A program made the translations under genes and the position numbers. From NCBI GenBank assembly GCA_964463915.1, contig CAYXEH010000001.1, positions 67,293 through 131,292 on the forward strand: DNA of 64,000 nucleotides. Reading direction: 5' to 3'. Every line of letters starts with the position of its first letter. Position 1 is the stretch's first letter. This DNA is from an uncultured Bacteroidales bacterium. Lineage in GTDB: Bacteria > Bacteroidota > Bacteroidia > Bacteroidales > UBA7960. Below are positions 1 to 8,459 of this stretch, piece by piece. Under the pieces are notes generated by a model, which was not told where the DNA came from, ran no database searches, and saw nothing but the letters and a program-made list of their open reading frames with translations.

Positions 1-209
1 TCAATGAGGTTTTGAGAAACCCCGGGATACATGATTAGGGGGTCAGGATCGTTCGAACTTCCACTGCCCTTTACAGGGTATTGCCGGTTTCCCGGCAATA
101 TTGAGGCCTGTTCTAGAGACCCTGAAACTTACCCTAAATTTTAGTAGTGTTGAGTTTCTAAAACGTACATTTGAATTAATGCGGGTTGTATCGAAATATT
201 TTCAAAGAG

Positions 210-509
210 CTATTGGCTTTTTCCCAACAATTTGCTTTCCAGCAAATGATCAACTTCCTCCAGTTCCTGTTTCAGCTTTTGATGTTGTGCCGCCGAACCG
301 GATAATCGTAAACATTCGACAGCAAATTGCAGATTCACCATTGCCAGCAGATCCTGCGTGTCCCGAAAAGCATAATTACCGGCATATTCTTTCATCTTCT
401 CATCTACCAACTTCGCTGCCTTTCTGAAGGTTTCTTCTTCAGCCTGGCTGCTGACAGCTAGTCTGTAAGGACGTTCTGCAATTATAACTGATATCAGTTG
501 ATCTTTCAT
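210..509 (-). CDS. zapA: Cell division protein ZapA-like (99 aa from the internal ATG; the ORF track extends to 548)
   Basis: Small protein starting 'MKDQLISVIIAERPYRLAV...EEETFRKAAKLVDEKMKEY', which fits the ZapA N-terminal beta/helix region followed by a coiled-coil tail. The ATG (cat at 507-509) leaves an 11-nt gap to the upstream gene. The longer start would overlap that gene by 28 nt. Confidence 0.7.
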   Translation of the reverse strand: MKDQLISVIIAERPYRLAVSSQAEEETFRKAAKLVDEKMKEYAGNYAFRDTQDLLAMVNLQFAVECLRLSGSAAQHQKLKQELEEVDHLLESKLLGKSQ

Positions 510-520
510 ACAAGCTGTGC

Positions 521-808
521 TTACCTGTTGTTTAAAAGCACACGACATTTCTCGATTTCCCGCAAAAGTTCATTCACTTTTTGCACGGCTTTTACGGAAT
601 CACTATCACCAAGACCTTTTATCAGCTGTTCGCGAGTCACCGCTGTTTCCAGCTGATTAATCCTTTTATCACGATCGGAAAGCACCTCCTCCAGTTGTTT
701 CTTTTCTTCCTCCAGGTCACTTATCCGGTTTTTTAAATCCGTATTGCTGATTAGCAATCGTTTTACCTTGTTACGGATCGCTTCAACGATCAGTGATAGT
801 TCATCCAT
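521..808 (-). CDS. Coiled-coil protein (ZapB-like / cell-division associated), 95 aa
   Basis: Heptad-rich E/K/L/R sequence ('NRISDLEEEKKQLEEVLSDRDKRINQLE'). It sits immediately upstream of, and is probably co-transcribed with, the zapA-like gene. ATG at 806-808. Confidence 0.6.
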   Translation of the reverse strand: MDELSLIVEAIRNKVKRLLISNTDLKNRISDLEEEKKQLEEVLSDRDKRINQLETAVTREQLIKGLGDSDSVKAVQKVNELLREIEKCRVLLNNR

Positions 809-834
809 CCTGTCAAAGACATTTTAGCCTAATA

Positions 835-842
835 CAAATGTA
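835..842 (-). promoter_or_regulatory. Bacteroidota -7 promoter box (TAcaTTTG) for the coiled-coil/zapA operon
   Basis: Plus-strand 'caaatgta' reads TACATTTG on the minus strand, 27 nt upstream of the ATG at 808. A weak 'gTTG' lies about 23 nt further upstream. Confidence 0.4.
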
Positions 843-984
843 CAATTTTTTCTGTCATTTGCATCAACATTTTTTTAACGCTGAAAGGCATAACATTGTT
901 TTGATCCCGGCGAAATATTCAACAAACTGCATCACAGATGACGACACCAGTCATTGAGAGTAATGCACAGGTGTCTGCCCGGGA

Positions 985-2859
985 TTAATGGATATGATAA
1001 TGGGAGGCATCCCGACGGAGTTCGGGGGAAGGTAAAGAAATACGTAACCGAAATCCGGCCTCCTTTTCAAGATAAAACTCCCCGTTGAGCTGTTCCTCCA
1101 CCAGCATTTCTGCAAGCTGGATTTCCTGGCAACCGTGAGATGTTTCGGGTTGCTCTACCGGCCATGAAAACCCGGGAAAGAAGATCAGTAAACAACAGTG
1201 GTTTTCCTTATCCTCCCATAAACGGATATCTATTTTCGATTTCAGGCCATACCCTGTTTCACACTTGTTAGCAGAATAATTGCAATTGCAGAGATAACTA
1301 AAAATCTCGTTTATAGCCAGGCCAAGAGGCAAGGCCTGTTCAACCGGCAGCATGACCTCCTCAGCCCTGATTGAAAAACAAGAATCTCTTTTACTGTTCA
1401 CCCCCATAAGGTAATCAAAACGATCTGTCAGATCTGACAAAAAGCCTTTCAGGGTTACACTACCGTAGTTAATTTCAGTGGAAACGCATTCATGAACCAT
1501 TAAAAGGGCCCTGATCCGTTGATGCAAAGCGGCCAGGTTATTACATTCATGCGGAATTTTCTCCGATTTAAAACTATTGCCAATGAGTGATAAGAAAATT
1601 TTTAGATTCTTTTTAACACGGTGGTGAATCTCCTCAAGCATCACCTCCATTTCGGCAATCTCATTTTTTATGGTTTGCTCGATGTGCATCCTCTCATTCA
1701 TTCTATATTGCGCCTCCCTGACCGACTGTGCAACCTCCCGGGTACGTTCTTCAGTTTCTGCTTCAAGAACCCGGCTCTCATTACGGATGGTTTCTTCCAT
1801 CAGGATACGTTGCCTGACTTCCTCTTCAAGGGCCATGGCTGATCGCATATCTTCCCCATAGATCACGATTCCATGAGAATCACCAAATCTGTCTGATAAT
1901 TCCGTACAATAAACACTGACAGGAATAGCTTCCTGGTCAGAAGGCCGGATATGCATCACAGAAGGTCCTGAATGACCGGTACGCCTCCCCCGGCGTATAA
2001 GAGTTTCCAGGGCATCTCCGTTATCAAAAAAATCAACCAGTTTGCATCCCTTCACCTGATTATACGAGCGCCCCAGAATATGTACACTAAACATATTTGC
2101 ATAAACAATCTGACCCTCTTCATCACAGAAAAAGACGAGCTGCTGCAATTCCTCCATCAGCCTCCGCGCGCTCTCGGAAGGAAGAGGAGAATAAAGATGA
2201 TATTTCAGGTACCCGAATGTCAACCCAATACACAGGGGGAAAAAAAACACATGGGGCAATTTCAGGTGAACCGACCCTGTGATGGCCGGAAGGAAATAAT
2301 CAAACCAAAGTATGAAGAAAATAGCCAGCAGCAATGTGTAAAAAGCAAGCTGATATTGTTTCCGTTCTCCGGTCCGGTGCAAACCTCGCTGCCAACGCGA
2401 AAGCATTGTAAAAAGTCTTCCCCCGGCAATTGTCATCATCAGGTATAAAGCATAAGAGGCCAATTCAAAAAACAACCTCCGCTCCTCCTCTCCGGTCCGG
2501 AGTAGAAGAATAAGTTCCAGAACAAACATAAACAGGAAAGCAAAACCAGACAACAATAATCCCTGATTCCAAAACCGGTGGTTTTTATCGGGAAGTGAAG
2601 TCAGCAATGCGAAAAAACGCACAAGCATGTATGGAAGCAGAGATAACCCGGCAAGTACAATCAACTCCCAGATCGCAGCATGATTTTCAAGTCGTGACAA
2701 ATAGGTAAATGACAATGTCAGTGACCAGAAACCAAAATACATAGTGAGACCGGAAAACCAGCGATTAAATTTTGCCTCGGGATTTTTCCAAAGCAGGTAA
2801 AGCCCTGTCTGAAAGTAGAACAGGGTAACCAGCAAAGAAAAAAACAATACCCATTGCAT
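985..2859 (-). CDS. Membrane sensor protein of HisKA_2/HWE type (7TM N-domain, PAS, coiled coil, H-box) with a degenerate ATP-binding domain
   Basis: About 7 N-terminal hydrophobic helices, a PAS-like segment, a long E/R-rich coiled coil, and the H-box 'EIHHRVKKNLKIF'. The C-terminal region lacks recognisable N, G1 (DxGxG) and G2 (GxGL) boxes. It is a paralogue of the next gene. Confidence 0.8.
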   Translation of the reverse strand: MQWVLFFSLLVTLFYFQTGLYLLWKNPEAKFNRWFSGLTMYFGFWSLTLSFTYLSRLENHAAIWELIVLAGLSLLPYMLVRFFALLTSLPDKNHRFWNQGLLLSGFAFLFMFVLELILLLRTGEEERRLFFELASYALYLMMTIAGGRLFTMLSRWQRGLHRTGERKQYQLAFYTLLLAIFFILWFDYFLPAITGSVHLKLPHVFFFPLCIGLTFGYLKYHLYSPLPSESARRLMEELQQLVFFCDEEGQIVYANMFSVHILGRSYNQVKGCKLVDFFDNGDALETLIRRGRRTGHSGPSVMHIRPSDQEAIPVSVYCTELSDRFGDSHGIVIYGEDMRSAMALEEEVRQRILMEETIRNESRVLEAETEERTREVAQSVREAQYRMNERMHIEQTIKNEIAEMEVMLEEIHHRVKKNLKIFLSLIGNSFKSEKIPHECNNLAALHQRIRALLMVHECVSTEINYGSVTLKGFLSDLTDRFDYLMGVNSKRDSCFSIRAEEVMLPVEQALPLGLAINEIFSYLCNCNYSANKCETGYGLKSKIDIRLWEDKENHCCLLIFFPGFSWPVEQPETSHGCQEIQLAEMLVEEQLNGEFYLEKEAGFRLRISLPSPELRRDASHYHIH

Positions 2860-2876
2860 AACTGACTGCGCTATAA

Positions 2877-4745
2877 TTAATGATGATTGGTGAACCGGAC
2901 AATCACCCGGGTACCTTTATGATTTGAATATGAAATACTCCCATTGAGATAATCCCTGACCAGTGTATGAACCAACTCAAGCCCGATTCCTGCTTGAGCC
3001 GGCATCCCATCTCTTAAAGACAGGCCTTTGCCATTATCCCAGACAATTAAGTGGTATTCCTTTCCTTTCCTGTAAAATTCAACATTCACAAAAGAATAGG
3101 CAAATACGGGAAGGTCCCTGGTTTTTCCTCCAGGATAAGCATATATCAATGCATTGGTCAACAACTCATAAACAATGATCCCACAGGGGATGGCCAGGTC
3201 AATAGGGATCTCTTCTTCCCCGTGTACTACCCTGAAATACACATCTTCCCGCCTTATCATCCTCCCTTTTAATTCAGTTGCTGCAGCCCGGATAAAATGG
3301 CCAAATCTAATCTTTCCGATGTAAGGATAATCATACAGGCTTTCGTGTATTTGAGATATTTCCCGCACGCGTTGCACAATTTTGCCGAACTTCTCATGCT
3401 CATGTGCCGGGATCTTGCTCTGGTCGTAGGCCATATTCGCGAGCGATACAATCATTTGCAGATTGTTTTTCACCCTGTGATGGATCTCTCTCAGCATTTC
3501 ACTTTTCACCGCAAGTTCCTTACGGAGCTGTTGCTCAATTTTTTCACGGCGGGCAATTTCTTCGGCAAGCTTTTTATTGGCCTCAATCAATTCACTTCGC
3601 CTTTGTGCTACACGCTTTTCCAGACCAGCCCGAAGATCATCAAGAGCCACCCTGACGCGGTTATGCTTTCTGACTTCTTTATGAAGTTCAAATTTCTGCC
3701 TGTTGTCAACCCCGAGCAAAACAAACCCGACGATATTCCGAAAGGTATCATGCACCTTGATTATGGAAACCTTAACCGGGATCAGACTCCCCTCAGCAGA
3801 AATGAGCGCACAGACAACCAGTTTGGTATCCATGTTCGCCCTTGCTCTTTCCAGCTGTTTCCGTACAATGGGAGGGCGAAAGAACAGATCCTCCGCATTT
3901 TTATATATAAGCTGATGACGTGGATACTGCAGCACATCCTGGGCAAACCGGTTCAGGGCGTATACCTGGCCGTTACGATCAAGATAAAAAACAAACTGCC
4001 GGATTCTGCGAATAAACTGATCGGCAAGGTCATCACGGAAAAACCGCCGGGGGTTCAGCAGGGTCAGCGGGAAGAACAAACCCGCCATCAGGGGAAGGGT
4101 GGTAAGATGGCCGATTTCCGGCACGAAAAAGCCCCGGGCCAGAAAAGGTGTAAGTTCAGTGATCATGGCTGTCCCCATCAAAAGTATGAGAGACAGCCCC
4201 ATAATCAGTCGCTGAAGTTTTTCTTTGTTGGAAAAAGAAGGTCGTGCATATTTCCCCATGGAATACAATAAGCAAAGACAGACAAAGGCACTGCCTGCAA
4301 AGTACAATGCGGAAATATGAAACCACCAGGCATACCCGACAGGGTTGAAATACCACAGACTGTCCTCGCCACGGTAAAACTGTTTCAAAGAAGAGGCTTC
4401 CCACAGGTAGGTCACAATGAGGCCTGCAGCCAGCGGAAGCATCCCAGAAAAAACGAATTTCCTCCACCACCCGGACTGGTTCTGGGTAAAATACATAAAA
4501 AACCAAACCAACAGTATAGGAAACATGTACCGGCCAATCACAGCCAGTCGATCGAGCAGGTACACCATACCTGATTGATCGAAAAAGCTGAAGAGCAGAT
4601 AGCAAAGGCTCATCCAGGCCAGGGAGAGAGAAAGAAACACAAAAGACCGATGCACGTTATCGGAAGGCATGGCCTTCCAAACGTATATGGCCGCTTGAAG
4701 ATAAAGCAGCAATGCCACAAAAGAAAAAAAAGCATATAATGTCAT
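2877..4745 (-). CDS. Sensor histidine kinase, HisKA_2/HWE type (7TM N-domain, PAS, coiled coil, HATPase_c)
   Basis: Same architecture as 985-2859. H-box 'EIHHRVKNNLQMI', N-box 'ELLTNALIYAYPGG', G1 'VWDNGKGL', G2 'GIGLELV'. Confidence 0.85.
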   Translation of the reverse strand: MTLYAFFSFVALLLYLQAAIYVWKAMPSDNVHRSFVFLSLSLAWMSLCYLLFSFFDQSGMVYLLDRLAVIGRYMFPILLVWFFMYFTQNQSGWWRKFVFSGMLPLAAGLIVTYLWEASSLKQFYRGEDSLWYFNPVGYAWWFHISALYFAGSAFVCLCLLYSMGKYARPSFSNKEKLQRLIMGLSLILLMGTAMITELTPFLARGFFVPEIGHLTTLPLMAGLFFPLTLLNPRRFFRDDLADQFIRRIRQFVFYLDRNGQVYALNRFAQDVLQYPRHQLIYKNAEDLFFRPPIVRKQLERARANMDTKLVVCALISAEGSLIPVKVSIIKVHDTFRNIVGFVLLGVDNRQKFELHKEVRKHNRVRVALDDLRAGLEKRVAQRRSELIEANKKLAEEIARREKIEQQLRKELAVKSEMLREIHHRVKNNLQMIVSLANMAYDQSKIPAHEHEKFGKIVQRVREISQIHESLYDYPYIGKIRFGHFIRAAATELKGRMIRREDVYFRVVHGEEEIPIDLAIPCGIIVYELLTNALIYAYPGGKTRDLPVFAYSFVNVEFYRKGKEYHLIVWDNGKGLSLRDGMPAQAGIGLELVHTLVRDYLNGSISYSNHKGTRVIVRFTNHH

Positions 4746-4798
4746 TGCCCCTGGCTATAATGATTAGCAAGTCGCCCGACTGGCCCACGGGCAAGACT

Positions 4799-5737
4799 TT
4801 ATTCCTGGTCTGCAAGAAATCGTTCCGCCTCGATAGCCGCCATACAGCCTGTACCTGCAGCTGTAACGGCCTGGCGATACACATGGTCCTGCACATCACC
4901 CGCAGCAAATACCCCGGGAACATTGGTTCGGGTGGAATCAGGACTGGTTTTCAGGTATCCGTTTCCGTCCATTTCCAGCTGACCCTCAAATATATCGCTA
5001 TTGGGTTTATGTCCGATCGCTACAAAAAAACCTTCCACATCCAGCCGTCTTGTCTCACCACTCTTAACGTCTTCAAGTAATACTCCGTTCACGGTTTGAT
5101 CCCCCACAATCTCTTTGGGAACATGATTCCACATTATTTCAATATTCGGGGCTTTCATGACTCTGTGCTGCATGGCTTTGGAGGCCCTGAGTTCATCCCG
5201 CCTGTGAATCAGGTAAACCTTCTTACATAACTTCGAAAGATATGAGGCTTCCTCACAGGCGGTATCGCCCCCACCAACCACAGCCACAGTCAATCCACGG
5301 TAAAAAAAGCCATCGCAGGTAGCACAGGCCGATACACCGTGACCGTTGAATTTTTGCTCTGATTCAAGCCCCAGCCAACGGGCGGAAGCACCGGTTGCTA
5401 TGATCAGGGTTTCAGCCACCACTTCCTTTTTCTGATCAATCACCACCCGGAAAGGTCTTTGGGTAAGATCAGCCGCCGTAGCCATCCCAAAACGGACATC
5501 CGAGCCAAAACGTTCTGCCTGTTTTTGAAAATCCATCATCATATCCGGACCCTTTATCCCCTCAGGGTAACCCGGAAAATTTTCCACATCCGTGGTGATG
5601 GTTAATTGCCCGCCGGGTTGCAGACCCTGATAAAGGACTGGTTGCAAGTCGGCTCTTGCCGCATAAATTGCTGCTGTATAACCCGCGGGACCGCTTCCTA
5701 AAATAAGACATTTGATTTTTTCTGCTTGATCATCCAT
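4799..5737 (-). CDS. trxB: Thioredoxin-disulfide reductase
   Basis: '[19 protein letters not shown]' FAD motif, redox-active 'CATCDG', NADPH motif '[12 protein letters not shown]', and 'GVFAAGDV'. The ORF-track start at 5746 is a TTG, so I prefer the ATG at 5735-5737. Confidence 0.95.
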   Translation of the reverse strand: MDDQAEKIKCLILGSGPAGYTAAIYAARADLQPVLYQGLQPGGQLTITTDVENFPGYPEGIKGPDMMMDFQKQAERFGSDVRFGMATAADLTQRPFRVVIDQKKEVVAETLIIATGASARWLGLESEQKFNGHGVSACATCDGFFYRGLTVAVVGGGDTACEEASYLSKLCKKVYLIHRRDELRASKAMQHRVMKAPNIEIMWNHVPKEIVGDQTVNGVLLEDVKSGETRRLDVEGFFVAIGHKPNSDIFEGQLEMDGNGYLKTSPDSTRTNVPGVFAAGDVQDHVYRQAVTAAGTGCMAAIEAERFLADQE

Positions 5738-5887
5738 GAATGTCAATAATTTATTTATAAATATTTTGTATCTTCTTTAGAACAAAAATAGGAAAATGGC
5801 AGCAAGTGTGCCTAAAAGCGTCATTTAATTTTGGCAAATTAATTGTAAGTTTGTACGAATCCGTATAGAATCCTATTTTTTACCGGC

Positions 5888-7144
5888 ATGCCAGGACAAA
5901 AACAAGTTATTTTTATTCTAATGCTCATGATGATCTTCGGTAGCTGCACCCGGCATGTTCAGCCATCAACCACCGAGGATGAACGGCGTGAAATGGCCAT
6001 GGCCACGATGCCCTTTCCCACAAGGAACAATCAGTTTGCTTTTAATTTACTGCACATGCTCCCCCACGGCGAAGAAGATTTTGTGGTCTCCCCTTTCAGC
6101 ATTTCTGCCGCCATGGCCATGACATATGCCGGTGCCCGCGGAAAAACCAGGGAGCAAATGGCAAGGGTAATGCGATTTGAGAACAAAGACGCGGGGTTTC
6201 ATGAACAATACGGGGAATACCTGTCTGAACTGGACCAGATGACGGGAGATACTATTTCCCTGAATATTGCCAATAGTTTATGGGCACAGCAAGACTATCA
6301 TTTCCGGGATTCTTTCCTTGATCTGATTGAATCTGCGTATGATTCACGCACTTTCATGGTGGATTTCATGGGTGACCGGGAGGAGATCAGGCAACATATC
6401 AACGGGCGGGTTTATAGGCAGACCGCAGAAAACATTGACAATTTAATCGCAAGAGGGGTGCTGACAGCAGATACCCGTCTCGTGCTGGTCAATGCCATTC
6501 ACTTTTTCGGCCCATGGCTGAACGAGTTTGAGGCTGAACTGACCCGGGAGGACAGCTTCTATCCCTCACCTGGAGAGCAGTCAGAGGCGGACTTCATGAG
6601 CCAACGGGACACCCTCCCCTACTTTGAGGATGACAATATGCAGGTTTTGGAAATTCCTTACGCAGGCGGTAATTTTTCCATGATGGTGATTCTGCCTTCA
6701 GAAGGTATTGAGCTGGCCGTGCTGGAGGAATCTCTGGATGCATTGTGTTTTTTCAGGCTAACCAGGCAGGTCAGACCGACCGCAGTAGAATTGTTTCTTC
6801 CCAGATTCGAAGCCCGGTCCGGGGTTGATTTGGAAGAAACACTTGCTTCCATGGGAATGCATACCGCCTTTACGGATTATGCAGACTTTTCCGGGATGAC
6901 CGGGCAAATGGACCTGAAGATTGACAAGGTGATCCACCAGGCAATGATAGAAGTAGGGGAAAAAGGAACAGAAGCAGCTGCAGCCACTGCCGTAGTGGCC
7001 ATACGTAAAACAATGCCCGTGCAGGACGGGTATACCGTATTTAATGCCAACAGACCGTTTCTTTTTTTTATCAAAGACAATCAATATCAGAGCATTCTCT
7101 TTGCAGGCCGCGTAATGAATCCGGCATTGAAGCAAGGACAATAA
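5888..7144 (+). CDS. Serpin-family serine protease inhibitor, lipoprotein
   Basis: Signal/lipobox 'LMLMMIFGSC'. Serpin hinge 'EKGTEAAAATAV' and C-terminal signature 'FNANRPFLFFIKD'. Size of 418 aa. Confidence 0.9.
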   Translation: MPGQKQVIFILMLMMIFGSCTRHVQPSTTEDERREMAMATMPFPTRNNQFAFNLLHMLPHGEEDFVVSPFSISAAMAMTYAGARGKTREQMARVMRFENKDAGFHEQYGEYLSELDQMTGDTISLNIANSLWAQQDYHFRDSFLDLIESAYDSRTFMVDFMGDREEIRQHINGRVYRQTAENIDNLIARGVLTADTRLVLVNAIHFFGPWLNEFEAELTREDSFYPSPGEQSEADFMSQRDTLPYFEDDNMQVLEIPYAGGNFSMMVILPSEGIELAVLEESLDALCFFRLTRQVRPTAVELFLPRFEARSGVDLEETLASMGMHTAFTDYADFSGMTGQMDLKIDKVIHQAMIEVGEKGTEAAAATAVVAIRKTMPVQDGYTVFNANRPFLFFIKDNQYQSILFAGRVMNPALKQGQ

Positions 7145-7154
7145 TATTTCCTTT

Positions 7155-8459
7155 ATGGCAGTCAAACTTCTCGCAGTATCCGACCTCCATCTCGGACGAA
7201 AATCCGCTTTTATTCCGGGTAATGCTCCCGAAGCATCCACACGCTGCAGCTGGGAGCGTATTGTCGATTATGCGGTGAACCATACTGTGGATGCATTATT
7301 ACTGGCAGGTGACATCGTAGACCAGGATAATCGTTACTACGAAGCCACGGGAATACTGCAGCAAGGATTCGACACCCTGGGTCAGGCAGGCATAGAAGTA
7401 TTTGCCGTTGGAGGAAATCACGATTATGAGGTACTTCCGCAGCTCCTCCGGCATCAATCAAGTCCCCATGTGCATCTATTGGGCATAAACGGTAACTGGG
7501 AAACAAAAATCCTGTCAAAAAACGGGCAAAAGATACAATTTGCAGGATGGTCATTCCCGGCCGGCAGTGTCACAGCCAATCCCCTGTCAGGTTTTGATAA
7601 AGATAAGATCAATTCCCGGCTTTTTACCATCGGCTTGCTGCATGGTGATGCAGACATGACAGAAAGCAATTATGGACCTGTACCACTTGACGATCTGGTA
7701 AAGACAAATATTCAGGCCTGGGTCCTCGGACATGTGCACAAACCACAGATCCTTCATCAAAATAACCCGCTTATATTCTACCCCGGATCACCCCAGGCTT
7801 TAAGTGCAAAAGAAACAGGATCCCACGGGGTCACGCAGCTAACTATCGAAAATGACGAAGAAATAACAATCCGCCATATTCCTTTATCTCCCGTCCGTTA
7901 CGAACATATTGAACTTGATGTATCACATGTCAGCAACAGAGACGACCTGCGCAAAACCATCACCGGTGGGATCATGGATCATTCAGCCCACCTGGATCAC
8001 GAACCCGGGCTAACGGCGTATTTGGTTTTCGACATCAGGTTGGCCGGCGAACACACTGATCCCGTCAGGATCCGGGCATGGTCAGAGGATGAAATTGAAG
8101 ACTACGCCAGGGAAACAGCAGGTGGAACGCAACTGCTGGTAAGAAAAGCGTTAAGCCATGTACGGCCGGCCGTAAAAGATCTGGCGGCCTGGGCCAGTGA
8201 CCCTTCTCCTGTGGGCAAACTGGCAGAAACCATCCTTGCCATCGAGAAGGGAGAAACCAATGGCTTTATTGAGGATATGGTAACAGAGTGGAAAATTAAA
8301 GCAAGGGAATTGCAACAGGCCAGGGTCTATGGCCCATTACACGCCTCCGAAAGGCTTGAGAATCTTACTGAAGAACAAGCCAGACAATATATCCTCAAAG
8401 AGTCCAGACAATTGCTGGGTACATTGCTGGCTGAAAAAGAACACGGCATCAATGGATAA
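7155..8459 (+). CDS. Metallophosphoesterase, SbcD/Mre11/YhaO-like DNA exonuclease subunit
   Basis: Calcineurin-like motifs in order: 'AVSDLHLG', 'AGDIVD', 'GGNHD', 'LLHGD', 'GHVH'. Its 3' end overlaps the next gene by 8 nt (ATGGATAA). Confidence 0.85.
   Translation: MAVKLLAVSDLHLGRKSAFIPGNAPEASTRCSWERIVDYAVNHTVDALLLAGDIVDQDNRYYEATGILQQGFDTLGQAGIEVFAVGGNHDYEVLPQLLRHQSSPHVHLLGINGNWETKILSKNGQKIQFAGWSFPAGSVTANPLSGFDKDKINSRLFTIGLLHGDADMTESNYGPVPLDDLVKTNIQAWVLGHVHKPQILHQNNPLIFYPGSPQALSAKETGSHGVTQLTIENDEEITIRHIPLSPVRYEHIELDVSHVSNRDDLRKTITGGIMDHSAHLDHEPGLTAYLVFDIRLAGEHTDPVRIRAWSEDEIEDYARETAGGTQLLVRKALSHVRPAVKDLAAWASDPSPVGKLAETILAIEKGETNGFIEDMVTEWKIKARELQQARVYGPLHASERLENLTEEQARQYILKESRQLLGTLLAEKEHGING

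Noticed and set aside
22-33. The 12-mer CCGGGATACATG occurs at 22-33 and again at 18763-18774.
   Set aside because: Roughly a hundred exact 12-mer coincidences are expected by chance in 64 kb, and the flanks are unrelated.
3297-4271. Long antisense ORFs lie inside well-supported genes. Examples are 3297-4271(+), 17206-17859(+), 28373-29203(-), 32442-33179(-), 33363-34055(-), 34711-35286(-), 62620-63393(-), and many shorter ones in the track.
   Set aside because: Each lies entirely opposite a gene with clear family motifs. Their products are low-complexity or unrecognisable and have no independent start context. I treat them as shadow ORFs.
8329-8451. The ORF-track start at 8329 would give a 1194-aa ATPase.
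   Set aside because: The extra 41 codons overlap the end of the SbcD-like gene in another frame and contain no motif. ATG 8452 gives the typical N-terminus just before the Walker A motif and a coupled ATGGATAA overlap.
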